A DNA stretch of 51,019 nt from a virus (Duplodnaviria > Caudoviricetes). Numbering within the stretch: the first letter of the stretch is position 1; each line of letters starts with the position of its first letter. The stretch lies in IMG/VR virus record IMGVR_UViG_3300037264_001118, positions 1 to 51,019 of that record; one strand, written 5' to 3'. The translations under genes were made by a program, and so were the position numbers. Under the pieces are notes generated by a model. That model ran no database searches, was not told the origin of the DNA, and saw only the letters and a list, made by a program, of their open reading frames with translations. Below are positions 1 to 9,151 of the stretch, in pieces.

Positions 1-245
1 TTCACGGCGGTTGACACGACCGCCGCGCACGTTACCGCAACGTGGAAAGAGAACCGCGCGGGCAACGCCCGGGGCGCAACCCTGAAGTTGCTTTCTTCCA
101 CCCAAGTTCGGATGGAGTGGGACGGCGCGCTTGTCGCCGCCGAAACCCTTACGGGGGAATTCGAAGTCGTGGAACACAAGCCCCGACGCGGGGCCTTCAT
201 GCGGCTACTGAACGCGACGACCGTTCGCTTGGAATGGGACGGCGC
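1..245. repeat. Terminal direct repeat, left copy (matches 50775-51019); circular assembly overlap
   Basis: 245 bp identical to the window end except at positions 128, 129 and 134. It lies inside a CDS, which suggests a circular or permuted genome. Confidence 0.95.
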
Positions 246-600
246 GCTTGTCGCCGGGGAAACCATTGAAGCCCACTACGAAGCCTTTGACCTTGAGAAC
301 TTGGGCGACGACGTGAAGGAAACCCTTTTCCGGCTCCAAAGGATGTTGGCCTACTTGGGCGAAAATCTTTTGCAAGACGTTATCGTTTACGACGACGCGG
401 GCAACATGGTTTCTTACCGCCTTCGCCTGTTCAATTCCAAGGTCAACGCGGAAGCGGCCACGGTCGATACCCCGGGCGGGCTGGAAACGGGCGAGTTGTC
501 GCGGCAAACCGTTACGCAAGATATCAACTTCGCCAAGAACGACCGCCTTTCCCTTATCCGCGTCCTTACTGATTTGCTTGCAACGCCGGGGGTAAATTAA
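1..600 (+). CDS. 3' part of the junction-spanning putative tail protein
   Basis: Frame 1 is open from base 1 to TAA at 598-600. The track ORF 88..600 is its C-terminal part. Confidence 0.8.
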   Translation, partial: FTAVDTTAAHVTATWKENRAGNARGATLKLLSSTQVRMEWDGALVAAETLTGEFEVVEHKPRRGAFMRLLNATTVRLEWDGALVAGETIEAHYEAFDLENLGDDVKETLFRLQRMLAYLGENLLQDVIVYDDAGNMVSYRLRLFNSKVNAEAATVDTPGGLETGELSRQTVTQDINFAKNDRLSLIRVLTDLLATPGVN

Positions 601-603
601 CTT

Positions 604-759
604 GTGCGACTTAGTGAACGGGACTTCCGCCGGGCTGTCCGGTTATTCATGGTCAAATGGCGGCGGGGCTACTTCAACGAACATGAAGGACGGCAATTCG
701 AAGACCAGTTGGAACGGCTGTTCGAACTTTACCACGGCATGAAGTCGAAAAAGGATTGA
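604..759 (+). CDS. Small hypothetical protein (51 aa, GTG start)
   Basis: Fills the gap between neighbouring genes (VRLSERDFRRAVRLF...KSKKD). Below the ORF track cutoff. Confidence 0.45.
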   Translation: MRLSERDFRRAVRLFMVKWRRGYFNEHEGRQFEDQLERLFELYHGMKSKKD

Positions 760-761
760 CG

Positions 762-1355
762 ATGGACGAAGCAACGCAAGGTTATACGCCGACATACTGG
801 AACGCGCCTTATGATCCGTTCGGCCCGTGGCATCGGGTCGCGGCTCATAAGAAGGACGCGCGGCTATGCCCTTCGTTTGGCGGCGGTCGCCGGATGCGGC
901 ATCCGTTCTTGGACCCCATCGTTTACCCCCGGACGCCGGATCGTACCTTGAATTATGGCTTCGACCGTTTGCGGAAAGTCCGTAGCGTGGTTATTAAGAC
1001 GATGGATTCTTCGGCGGTCGCCAAGTTCCCCGAAGTCGCGGAAGACGTGATTATCCGCGAACTATGGTTGGCCGACACGCTTTCAACCTTCACGGACCTA
1101 TTCCACCAATTCCATACTTACCTTCGGGAAATCCTCCCGCCGGGAAGGTTCATCGGCTGGCAACCCAAAGACCTTTCGGCCAAGAACTACTTCGTTGAAT
1201 TGTTAGATGTTCAATGCGGGACGCCGGACGATTACCGGATTGAAGAATTGGGCGACGACCGACCGTACTACATGCGCGAACAGCTTTCGATTTCATTTAA
1301 GCTGATTCGGGAAATCCAAGCCCCGGCGGGCGTGGTAAACGTGGTGGGGTTCTAG
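762..1355 (+). CDS. Putative tail protein (distal-tail position)
   Basis: Tightly packed ORF downstream of the tape measure gene. The function is inferred from position only. Confidence 0.55.
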   Translation: MDEATQGYTPTYWNAPYDPFGPWHRVAAHKKDARLCPSFGGGRRMRHPFLDPIVYPRTPDRTLNYGFDRLRKVRSVVIKTMDSSAVAKFPEVAEDVIIRELWLADTLSTFTDLFHQFHTYLREILPPGRFIGWQPKDLSAKNYFVELLDVQCGTPDDYRIEELGDDRPYYMREQLSISFKLIREIQAPAGVVNVVGF

Positions 1356-1356
1356 T

Positions 1357-2763
1357 ATGGCTTTGCAAAGTCACGGCAACATTCCCGTTCAGGACTTCGA
1401 CCGGGTACACCGTGCGAACGAACCCCGGTTGCGCCAGCCCATCCCGGCTTTGAATGCGTCCTTGGAGAACGCTAACCAAACGCTGGACAAGGTAGTTGCC
1501 ACGCTGAACCGGGCGGGCTCCAACAACCGGAACCCCATCATTGCGGGCCTTGGCGGGCAATTCCAATTCGGCCTTTCGACGCTGGACAACTTGAAGGCGG
1601 CTTTCATCTTTCAGGATAGGGCCAACCTTGGTTCGAATCTGAAGCCCGCGACCGTGGTTCTTGCGCCCGGAATCTACGGACTTAATCACGTATACGGGGC
1701 CGGGCAATCATTGGCCGGAAGCCCGGTCACGGGCGCGCGGAAGAACTTCCTTCGGGTCCAATCCGCTTTCGGCACGATTGAAAAGGAATTTTGGGTCAAG
1801 ACGAAGGACGCCGATATTGTCGCCCTGTCGGGCGTCCCCGTGCTGGACCCTGTTACCTTGCTTCCGGTCGTGCTGGATTACTTCATTGTGGACGCTTCCC
1901 GGCCTTGGCTTCAAATCCCCATAGACTTTTTCGTTTCGTGGAATGACGAATTCCAAGTCCTGCATAATGCCAAGAACCCTTACCTTGACCCGGGGTTCCT
2001 GAAGTCCTACGGCGGGGCCAAGTTCGTTTCGTTCTTCGACACGACCCCGGGAACCGAAGGCGTGGGCGTCGAAGTGAACCCCGTTAACCAAGCCCCCATC
2101 GAAGATAAACACTTGATCGAAATTCAGAATACGGCGGGGTTGAAGGAAGTTACCGTCCGGTTCCGGTCCAAGATGGGTTCGCCCTACTTCGTGGACGTTC
2201 CGCTAATCGTCAACGTGATTCAACCGCCCATCGTGGATTGTAACGTCCCGGTTATGGGACCGCCTGAAACGTGTACGGCGGTCCTTCTCCCGGTCGGAAC
2301 CCCGCTTCCGGCGGGGGCTCCCGCCGTTCCTTCCGTGTCGGGCGTCCCGGTCGTGGCCGGGACCACGGGTTCCCCCATGGCCCAAGACCTTTTGGTTTTG
2401 ACCATTAGGGCGGCGGTAACTTCCGCGTCGTGTACGATCCGGGTTCGGCGTTGGAAATACGTAACGTCCGGCGTGGACCTAGGCGGCGTGTATACCGAAA
2501 TCGTTTCGGAAATCGGCAACTATATTCCGCTTGTGTCCGCATCGGCCACGCCCGCCCCCGGGGGTCCGTACAACCCGGGGAAGAAACTTATGATTGCGAC
2601 GGCGGTTCTTCAGGACAAGGCCGACCTTGTGGCCTACTACACAATTGAAGTTGTGGACGCTGAAGGCTTGGGCGGTCCCCCTATGCTGGTCGTCGGGCCG
2701 ACCGCGCGGGATATCCAATTCACGCCCCCCGGCGGAACGGGCGGGGAAGGACTTTGCTACTAA
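1357..2763 (+). CDS. Putative virion structural/tail protein (468 aa)
   Basis: Long Pro/Val/Gly-rich, beta-like ORF in the tail module. Confidence 0.6.
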   Translation: MALQSHGNIPVQDFDRVHRANEPRLRQPIPALNASLENANQTLDKVVATLNRAGSNNRNPIIAGLGGQFQFGLSTLDNLKAAFIFQDRANLGSNLKPATVVLAPGIYGLNHVYGAGQSLAGSPVTGARKNFLRVQSAFGTIEKEFWVKTKDADIVALSGVPVLDPVTLLPVVLDYFIVDASRPWLQIPIDFFVSWNDEFQVLHNAKNPYLDPGFLKSYGGAKFVSFFDTTPGTEGVGVEVNPVNQAPIEDKHLIEIQNTAGLKEVTVRFRSKMGSPYFVDVPLIVNVIQPPIVDCNVPVMGPPETCTAVLLPVGTPLPAGAPAVPSVSGVPVVAGTTGSPMAQDLLVLTIRAAVTSASCTIRVRRWKYVTSGVDLGGVYTEIVSEIGNYIPLVSASATPAPGGPYNPGKKLMIATAVLQDKADLVAYYTIEVVDAEGLGGPPMLVVGPTARDIQFTPPGGTGGEGLCY

Positions 2764-3476
2764 TGCCGACGAAGCAAGCCCCCTTGGTTTCGGCGGTTAT
2801 GCCGACGTACAACCGACCGGAGTTCGTCCGCCATGCGTTCGGCCAGTTTATTACGCAAACCTATCCTTGCAAGGAACTGGTTATCATAGACGACGGGGAA
2901 ATACCCATCCCCCAATCAATCGCCAAGCATCCTTGGGTTAAATATATTCGGCTTGGCGAACGGCTGTCCCTTGGGGAGAAACACAACATAGGGACGTTGC
3001 AAGCCCAAGGGGAATACATTATCCATTGGGACGACGACGATTGGTTCAACCATCATAGGATTGGCGTTCAAATGGAATCCTTGATGCTTGGGGAAGCGGA
3101 CTTCAGCGGGATTTTGACCCAATATATTTTGTCCGTCCCTGATTGTTCTTTCGTTGCGTGGCGTCGGGGATACCCGAAGGGCGCGCGAGTGGTCCGCTAT
3201 CAAGGCCATGATGGGACAATGGCTTTTCATCGGAAATGGTTTGACCGGGGAATTAGATACCCGGACCTTTTGGTTGCCCAAAAACTTGAATTCATACACT
3301 TAGCCATGGACGCCGGGGCCAAGGTCGTTCCCCTGCCCAACCGGGGAATGTTTGTCTATATCCGCCACGCCACGAACACTTGGAAGTTTCCCCGATTCTG
3401 GTTGGCGGACGTGAAAACCCCTACGTTCTTCCCCCAATCTTCTTTGGAATTTTACCGGGGGTCCGTGCATGTCTAG
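2763..3476 (+). CDS. Glycosyltransferase family 2 (GT-A fold)
   Basis: PLVSAVMPTYNR, ELVIIDDG and GEYIIHWDDDD motifs. TAATG coupling with the upstream gene. Confidence 0.9.
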   Translation: MPTKQAPLVSAVMPTYNRPEFVRHAFGQFITQTYPCKELVIIDDGEIPIPQSIAKHPWVKYIRLGERLSLGEKHNIGTLQAQGEYIIHWDDDDWFNHHRIGVQMESLMLGEADFSGILTQYILSVPDCSFVAWRRGYPKGARVVRYQGHDGTMAFHRKWFDRGIRYPDLLVAQKLEFIHLAMDAGAKVVPLPNRGMFVYIRHATNTWKFPRFWLADVKTPTFFPQSSLEFYRGSVHV

Positions 3477-5130
3477 GTTCATTCTCCCCGGGTCACGTCT
3501 AAACGAAATCGCCGGGTCTTCGATCCGATATCCGGGTTGGAAGGTTTACATTTGGAACCCGCGTTGCGTGACCATGAACCAAGTTGCTTCGGGGAATACG
3601 CCCGAACCGCCGGAAGACCTTACGCCGTTTGTCGAAGCCGTGGATTACAGCGAAAATATCGGCTTTGAAAACGGCGACAACCCGACCACGCCCCAAGCAA
3701 CCTTCAGTTTCAGGAGGAACCCCAACCCCGGGAAGAACATCCGGCGCGGCTGGATTGAAGACGGGGTTATAGTCCAAATCCGCCAAGGGGACTTGAGGAT
3801 TGCCCCGTCCGATTGGATTCCGATTTTTACCGGGACGTTCCGGGGTCGGCCCGGGGACAACCCCGGCGTTCCCTCCGACTTGTCGGAAGGGTTTAACGCC
3901 ACGGCTTACGGGCGCGAAGAACGGTTCTTGAACCTATCCGTAACAACGGACAAGTTCCCGCAAAACGTGGACCTTGGGGACATGCTGGTTGCCATTGCCC
4001 AAAACCATATGGGGTTGGGTCAAAACGAAATCCTGATTGGAAGCCAAGGCTTCGAATCCAAACACCTAACCAATCAGATTGTCGAACACCCCGCCCTTAC
4101 GACCCTTTGGGAACTGCTGTTCCCCGTGGGCAAAAAACCCAAGTTCGATTCGATGGGGCGTCTTGTCGCCGTGGACGTGAACCTTAACAAACCCGCAACC
4201 CGGATTTACACGGACGGCAATACCCTAATCATGTCCAAGGTCAACAACCCCAACGAAGTTGAAGTTAATAATTCCGTGGTCCTCCGGGGGCTGGAACACA
4301 ACCTTAGTAAGTCCATTCAAGAACAACAGTTGCTAACCGAATTCGAAGCCGTTACGGGGTTCTTCGATGAATCTTACGACGAACAGATTTATTACAGCCA
4401 AGACCGTTCGCAACGCGCGGACGATACGTTCCTAGTCACTAAGAAAAAAATTAAGTGGTCGTCCGCCGACTGGTCGGAAACGGACGAATTTTCCGGCCAC
4501 GTTTCCATTGATACGCATTACCTAGCGGACGCCCGAACGATCATCTTTGTAACCTACGTGGTTTCTGAAGTCTTTGTCGCCCTGTTAGATTTCCTTATGC
4601 AAACCTTCGGAACGACGGTTGCGAACTTTGTAATTATTCCCCCGTCAACGACGGTCGCCACGCTCCGCGAAATCATCCACGTTATAGCCGTGCTTGCCAT
4701 GGCTGGCCTGATTTGGGCAATGCAGTTTGTGGGCCGGGGCAAGTACGAAGTCCACGGGAAGCCCTTTGAATACGTTTACCGCGAACTTGTGTCGCGGCAT
4801 CAATTGACCGGGCTTGAACCGGAGCAAGTACGCGAAACGGAATACCGAAACGACTTCGTTTCCGATATGGTCACGCTGGACACGCTGGCCGAAGAACACT
4901 TGCGCCGGGAATTGGTCAAGGACCAGATTGTTACAATTACCCTTGTGGACGATCCGGTTTTGGAAGTGGACGACGTTATAGAAACGGCGGAAGGGGACCG
5001 CTTCTATATCGTGTCCGTGAAGAAGGAACTTCGCCGGGAAGGGCGTCCGACCATGACCCTTTCTTGCTGGCAAATCGCCAGCGGGAAAACCGCCCCGATT
5101 GAAGCGTTGGAACTGGCCCACGAAGGATAA
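3469..5130 (+). CDS. Putative tail-tip/baseplate hub protein with an internal hydrophobic hairpin
   Basis: 553 aa. The C-terminal DPVLEVDDVIE...FYIVSVKKEL...MTL pattern resembles hub proteins. Lies in the tail module. Confidence 0.6.
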   Translation: MSRFILPGSRLNEIAGSSIRYPGWKVYIWNPRCVTMNQVASGNTPEPPEDLTPFVEAVDYSENIGFENGDNPTTPQATFSFRRNPNPGKNIRRGWIEDGVIVQIRQGDLRIAPSDWIPIFTGTFRGRPGDNPGVPSDLSEGFNATAYGREERFLNLSVTTDKFPQNVDLGDMLVAIAQNHMGLGQNEILIGSQGFESKHLTNQIVEHPALTTLWELLFPVGKKPKFDSMGRLVAVDVNLNKPATRIYTDGNTLIMSKVNNPNEVEVNNSVVLRGLEHNLSKSIQEQQLLTEFEAVTGFFDESYDEQIYYSQDRSQRADDTFLVTKKKIKWSSADWSETDEFSGHVSIDTHYLADARTIIFVTYVVSEVFVALLDFLMQTFGTTVANFVIIPPSTTVATLREIIHVIAVLAMAGLIWAMQFVGRGKYEVHGKPFEYVYRELVSRHQLTGLEPEQVRETEYRNDFVSDMVTLDTLAEEHLRRELVKDQIVTITLVDDPVLEVDDVIETAEGDRFYIVSVKKELRREGRPTMTLSCWQIASGKTAPIEALELAHEG

Positions 5131-5133
5131 AGC

Positions 5134-5829
5134 ATGGCCCGTAATATTGCCGTCTTCAGCCGCCGCGAGTTAGACGCCCAACGCCAGTTCGTTTCAGGGG
5201 TGACGGCCAGTTCCCCCCGATACGAAGCCATTGACGGGGCCGGAAACAAGGAATGGGTCGTTGACGTTTACATTGGTCCCTTGGAAGTCCAAGCCGCCGA
5301 AGGGCTGGCAAACGTTGTTCGGAACGTCCCCGTTGCGCCCTACGCGCGCCAGCGCGTGACGGACATTCGCCAGCCTATTACGATGGAGCGTTCCAAGCAA
5401 GGCAAGTATACGGTCGTCGGAAGGTCCAAGATTCTTCCCGCCGGAACGCAACTTCAAGACGAATCAATTTTCGAACCGACTTACCATGAAGTGAAGCACA
5501 ACCTTTCCGACTTGAAATTGCTTTGGGTTGCCGACCTTGATTTCGAATTAGAACCCCTGCAACTAACCGTTGCGACCCCGCTTCAGGCCAGCCCTACCGA
5601 ACCCCTGCAAGTCGTGAAGGCATACGACGGCTTCGGCAAGCAAGCCTTGGGGCCGGGGGCGAGTTGTGAAAGCGCGGTCCTTTCCCCCGTTGGCGGGTCC
5701 ACGACAACGACCCGGCATATTCGAATTACCCCGGCCAAGTTCGGGCCGAAGGGGGACGCGCTGGCTATGGATTGGGGCGTTGGCCCCCTGCAACCGTTCT
5801 TCCAAGAGATTGTGGAATTGACCGTTTAA
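5134..5829 (+). CDS. Putative tail-tip protein
   Basis: Tightly packed ORF after the hub gene. Confidence 0.55.
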   Translation: MARNIAVFSRRELDAQRQFVSGVTASSPRYEAIDGAGNKEWVVDVYIGPLEVQAAEGLANVVRNVPVAPYARQRVTDIRQPITMERSKQGKYTVVGRSKILPAGTQLQDESIFEPTYHEVKHNLSDLKLLWVADLDFELEPLQLTVATPLQASPTEPLQVVKAYDGFGKQALGPGASCESAVLSPVGGSTTTTRHIRITPAKFGPKGDALAMDWGVGPLQPFFQEIVELTV

Positions 5830-5846
5830 GATGGAGGGTTTAGACC

Positions 5847-6872
5847 ATGCCGCCCCTTAGCCTAACCGACTTCAACGCTTCAGATTTGGATTACGTCCAA
5901 AAGCTGAACAACAACAATACGGCTATCGAAGCCGCAATCAACACGCTTCAAGCCCAAGTCCTAGCGTCCGTGGGCGAAGGCGTGGACTTGATCCTTGATA
6001 CCTACGACCGGGACGGCATCGTTGGTTCCACGTCCTACGTTTTGGACTTGGACAACTACCCCGGCGGTTCCCAAATCACTATCGGGCGGCGTCCGGGTCC
6101 GTCCTTCGTCGGGGAAATCGACAAGTCGATTGCTTGGGGGACTTACTCCGGGGAAAGGTTCCGCGTTTCCATGTCGGGGGATTTGGTCCTTGACGCAATC
6201 TCCATCGTGTCGGGACTTCCCAAAACGATTTACGTTGGCATTCCGTCAAGCGGCGTCCCGCAACTGTTCGAATCGGGAATCGTTATCAACGTCCTTTATG
6301 CCTATAGCATGACTTGGGACGGTTACAGCCTGAAGGACTTTAAGCGGCTGGCCCCCATCCTGCCCGCTTATTCCACCATTCAGGCAATCGCCGGGGCTCC
6401 CCATTTCTTCCCCCTGTTCGATACCGAAACCGACTGGCTTTCGGAAATCGTGGGGTCGTGCGAAATCACGTTGCCCGGCGCGCAAGACGACAACGAAATT
6501 TTGGTTGATGGGTCGGTCGAAGTCTTGGGCTTCTTTATGACGGCTGGCAAGGCCGGGCCGGACGGGTTCGCGGCCAGCGGGGTTACGCCCGAAGACAACT
6601 TGGTTTCGGTCAAGGTCGTTTCGGAACTGGAAGACTGGACCGAAACGCCGTTCGAATTCGACGCTTCGAACGTGCCGGACACGATCTTTAAGAAGATCAA
6701 CCCGGCCTTGGGCGTGAAGAAGTTCATTACCGAAGTTCAACGCTTCACGTTGGAACGGGTCGCGTTGGGGTCGTTCGTCACGTCGGCCCGCGCCTTTACG
6801 TGGGGAATCATCTATCGCCCGTTGATTGGCATTGCCATTCCCAAGGATCAAACCAAAGTGGTTTTGATCTAG
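5847..6872 (+). CDS. Putative tail/structural protein (341 aa)
   Basis: GGAGG RBS. N-terminal coiled-coil-like KLNNNNTAIEAAINTLQ. Confidence 0.55.
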   Translation: MPPLSLTDFNASDLDYVQKLNNNNTAIEAAINTLQAQVLASVGEGVDLILDTYDRDGIVGSTSYVLDLDNYPGGSQITIGRRPGPSFVGEIDKSIAWGTYSGERFRVSMSGDLVLDAISIVSGLPKTIYVGIPSSGVPQLFESGIVINVLYAYSMTWDGYSLKDFKRLAPILPAYSTIQAIAGAPHFFPLFDTETDWLSEIVGSCEITLPGAQDDNEILVDGSVEVLGFFMTAGKAGPDGFAASGVTPEDNLVSVKVVSELEDWTETPFEFDASNVPDTIFKKINPALGVKKFITEVQRFTLERVALGSFVTSARAFTWGIIYRPLIGIAIPKDQTKVVLI

Positions 6873-6884
6873 GGCCAAAGTCGT

Positions 6885-7208
6885 TTGGAGGGTTTCAACT
6901 TGGAAGAAGAGTTGCGCGAAGTTTTGGAGTCCATGAAGTCCGCCAACGAACGCGGAATGTCCCGGCTTGAAGGGAAAATGGAAGCCATGGGCGGCGGACT
7001 CCAAGCGCATATGCTGGAATCGGCAACGCGACACGTTGACGTTTCAGCGTCCGTGAAGGCGTCCCATCGTCGCATGGACGAACATGTTGACGACCATAAG
7101 ACCAGTTCCGGCAAGCGTTGGGAATTGACGGTCGCCCTTATCGTGGCCGGGCTGTCCGGCCTTGGAACGCTTGTCATGGTTCTTTATCAGTTAGTGAAGA
7201 AGACCTAG
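6885..7208 (+). CDS. Holin/XhlA-like membrane protein
   Basis: Coiled-coil N-terminus, one C-terminal TM segment (WELTVALIVAGLSGLGTLVMVLY) and a basic tail, at the end of the late operon. Start uncertain. Confidence 0.55.
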   Translation: MEGFNLEEELREVLESMKSANERGMSRLEGKMEAMGGGLQAHMLESATRHVDVSASVKASHRRMDEHVDDHKTSSGKRWELTVALIVAGLSGLGTLVMVLYQLVKKT

Positions 7209-7230
7209 CCCTTTTTGGAGGATAGCGAAC

Positions 7231-7887
7231 ATGCGTTGGATTCTCGCGGCGTTCTTGCTGGTCATGTTCACGGGCGCGGGGTGCGCGTCCAAAGATAGGG
7301 TCACGGAAGGGGACCGGGAACTTTCGGACCAAAACGCAAAAGCGGCCAAGGTCATTCAGGGCAAGACCACGGACCCGGCGGTTGTGATTCCGGCAAAGGA
7401 CATTCAGGCGAACAGCGAACAGCAATTGGAGAATTGGGGACCGCCCAAGGAACCGAAGCCGTATAGTCCGGCGGTTTCAAAAGAAACCCGGGACAAGGCC
7501 AAGGAAGAACACAAGGAAAGCCCGTTTTGGCCCATCGTCGGCGGCATCGCGGGCGCGGCCCTGTCGTGGTTCCTGAAGTCAACCGGGTTCGGCGGAATCC
7601 CTTTCATCGGCCAAGCAATCGCGGCCTTGTCGCCCAAGCTGGCGAACGGGGCAAACAAAAACGAAGCGGTTGCGGTCGGGCTCCAAGTCGCGTTGGACTT
7701 GGGCCGGGACAAGCTGGACAAGCTGGCGGCGGAACTGCGGGTCAAGCTGGCCGACAAGCCGGAACTTGCGGCGTTGATTCCGACCGGGCATATGCTGGTC
7801 GATCTTGTCCGAAACACGTTGGGCGACCGTGGATTGCTGGACGCCAACACGCGCCTTTACGACAGGAACAGCACGGGCGTTGCGTAA
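7231..7887 (+). CDS. Lipoprotein with an internal hydrophobic segment (possible spanin-like lysis protein)
   Basis: Signal peptide and lipobox MRWILAAFLLVMFTGAG-C. Second hydrophobic stretch FWPIVGGIAGAALSWFL. Confidence 0.6.
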   Translation: MRWILAAFLLVMFTGAGCASKDRVTEGDRELSDQNAKAAKVIQGKTTDPAVVIPAKDIQANSEQQLENWGPPKEPKPYSPAVSKETRDKAKEEHKESPFWPIVGGIAGAALSWFLKSTGFGGIPFIGQAIAALSPKLANGANKNEAVAVGLQVALDLGRDKLDKLAAELRVKLADKPELAALIPTGHMLVDLVRNTLGDRGLLDANTRLYDRNSTGVA

Positions 7888-7954
7888 TCCTTTTCGATAC
7901 TACCCCGGAGCCCTGCCCCGGGATTAGTTAGGTCCGCTCCATCCGGGCCGACTG

Positions 7955-7986
7955 GAAGGCTTCCCGAAAGGGGAGCCTTTCTTTTT
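7955..7986 (+). terminator. Intrinsic terminator ending the late arm
   Basis: gaaggcttccc-gaaag-gggagcctttc hairpin followed by a T-run. Confidence 0.85.
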
Positions 7987-7996
7987 GCCCGGGGTT

Positions 7997-8123
7997 CCTG
8001 CATGTCAACGGGAGTACCCCCCAACGGGGGTCGCTTCTTCGTGTAAGTAATATTATTATTATTTATATATTAACTATACCCTTCCCCTTCCCCCTCCCCC
8101 TAGGGGGATACCCCTTTGCCATG
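7997..8123. other. AT-core element flanked by inverted repeats, copy A (origin or packaging-site candidate)
   Basis: ~30-bp imperfect IR arms (catgtcaa...ttgccatg) around an AT-rich core that is shared with 28771-28903. Confidence 0.6.
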
Positions 8124-8149
8124 GTGTTAATCGTAATTGTCGATTGTTG

Positions 8150-8178
8150 TTGCTTTCGTGGGTTAGACGCATTACTAT
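8150..8178 (+). promoter_or_regulatory. Sigma70-like early promoter
   Basis: TTGCTT-N17-TACTAT upstream of the first early gene. Confidence 0.5.
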
Positions 8179-8193
8179 AGGGGTGTCGTAATC

Positions 8194-8206
8194 GTTCTTT
8201 GAAAAC
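8194..8206 (+). promoter_or_regulatory. boxA-like antitermination element
   Basis: GTTCTTTGAAAAC resembles the boxA of many bacterial rRNA leaders. Lies just after the predicted promoter. Confidence 0.55.
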
Positions 8207-8347
8207 AGGGCCGGGCCAGTACGGACGGGGCGGACCCAAACCCTTCCAGCGTGGGGGGACCGGGCGAAGGATGCGAAGAACCCGGACGCCAAAGGGAACA
8301 GTAACCGAACAAGTGTAAGGATGGATTTTTAAGGAAAGGGAAAGACT

Positions 8348-8785
8348 ATGGCGGACACGATGGAAGTTCGGCTTTCGATCTTCAACGGGAAATACACCAT
8401 TCAGAATCGGGCCACGGGGGAGCATCGGACCTTCTACGTTCGGACCCAAAAGGCCGACGCGAAGTTTGCGCCCGGCGCGCGGGTCGCGGCCCTTCTCACG
8501 GGCTCCGACAACGATTCCGATTCCAGCTATCAGGGCTTCGGGTTCGTGAACAACGACGGTATCCGGGTTTGGAGTTCCAAGCGCGGCACGGTCGCCGGGA
8601 AGAAGTCGTCTTGGGAGTGGTACGCGGAAATGTTGTGGAGTCTCGCCGTTGACGGCGGGGCGTCGGAGTTCGCGGAAAAATATAGCCTTCTCATGGAAGG
8701 CCGTTGCGTGAAGTGCAACCGGACGTTGACGGAGCCCGAAAGCATCCGAACCGGAATCGGCCCGGTTTGCGACGGGCGGAAGTAA
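8348..8785 (+). CDS. DUF6011-like zinc-finger protein
   Basis: C-terminal GRCVKCNRTLTEPESIRTGIGPVC motif. Good RBS. Confidence 0.75.
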   Translation: MADTMEVRLSIFNGKYTIQNRATGEHRTFYVRTQKADAKFAPGARVAALLTGSDNDSDSSYQGFGFVNNDGIRVWSSKRGTVAGKKSSWEWYAEMLWSLAVDGGASEFAEKYSLLMEGRCVKCNRTLTEPESIRTGIGPVCDGRK

Positions 8786-8853
8786 CCACGGGGACGCCCC
8801 CCGGCCCCAATGTCGGGGCCGGGGACTGAAGACGGGTTGGAGGAACAAGGGCA

Positions 8854-9063
8854 ATGCGGATTGTGAAGTTGGAAACGTTGGGCTTGGTTCGGGGCTTGCT
8901 CCGAATGCGGGCCGTGGTGGAGTCGGACACGGAACCCCCCGTCAACGAAGTTGCGACCTTGGCCGGGTATCATCCGGCGGGGTACGGCTGTTACGACGTG
9001 TCGGCCCGGGAGTCCGGCCCGGCGTGGGTCGTGGAGTGGTCGCGCGGTTCGACGTGCGACTAG
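8854..9063 (+). CDS. Hypothetical protein
   Basis: GGAGG upstream; compact 69-aa ORF. Confidence 0.55.
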   Translation: MRIVKLETLGLVRGLLRMRAVVESDTEPPVNEVATLAGYHPAGYGCYDVSARESGPAWVVEWSRGSTCD

Positions 9064-9151
9064 GGGGGACGCATGAAGGGGAAACGGAACGCGGTCCTTG
9101 TGTTGTTGGTTTTGCTGGTCCCAAGTGATTTACTTTTTGGAGGGTTAGCCC

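Noticed and set aside
1-245. Terminal repeat as true virion DTRs
   Set aside because: It falls mid-gene in the tail module, which is more typical of an assembler overlap on a circular or permuted genome.
118-256. Diversity-generating retroelement TR/VR pair
   Set aside because: No reverse transcriptase in the genome, and the differences are not at adenines.
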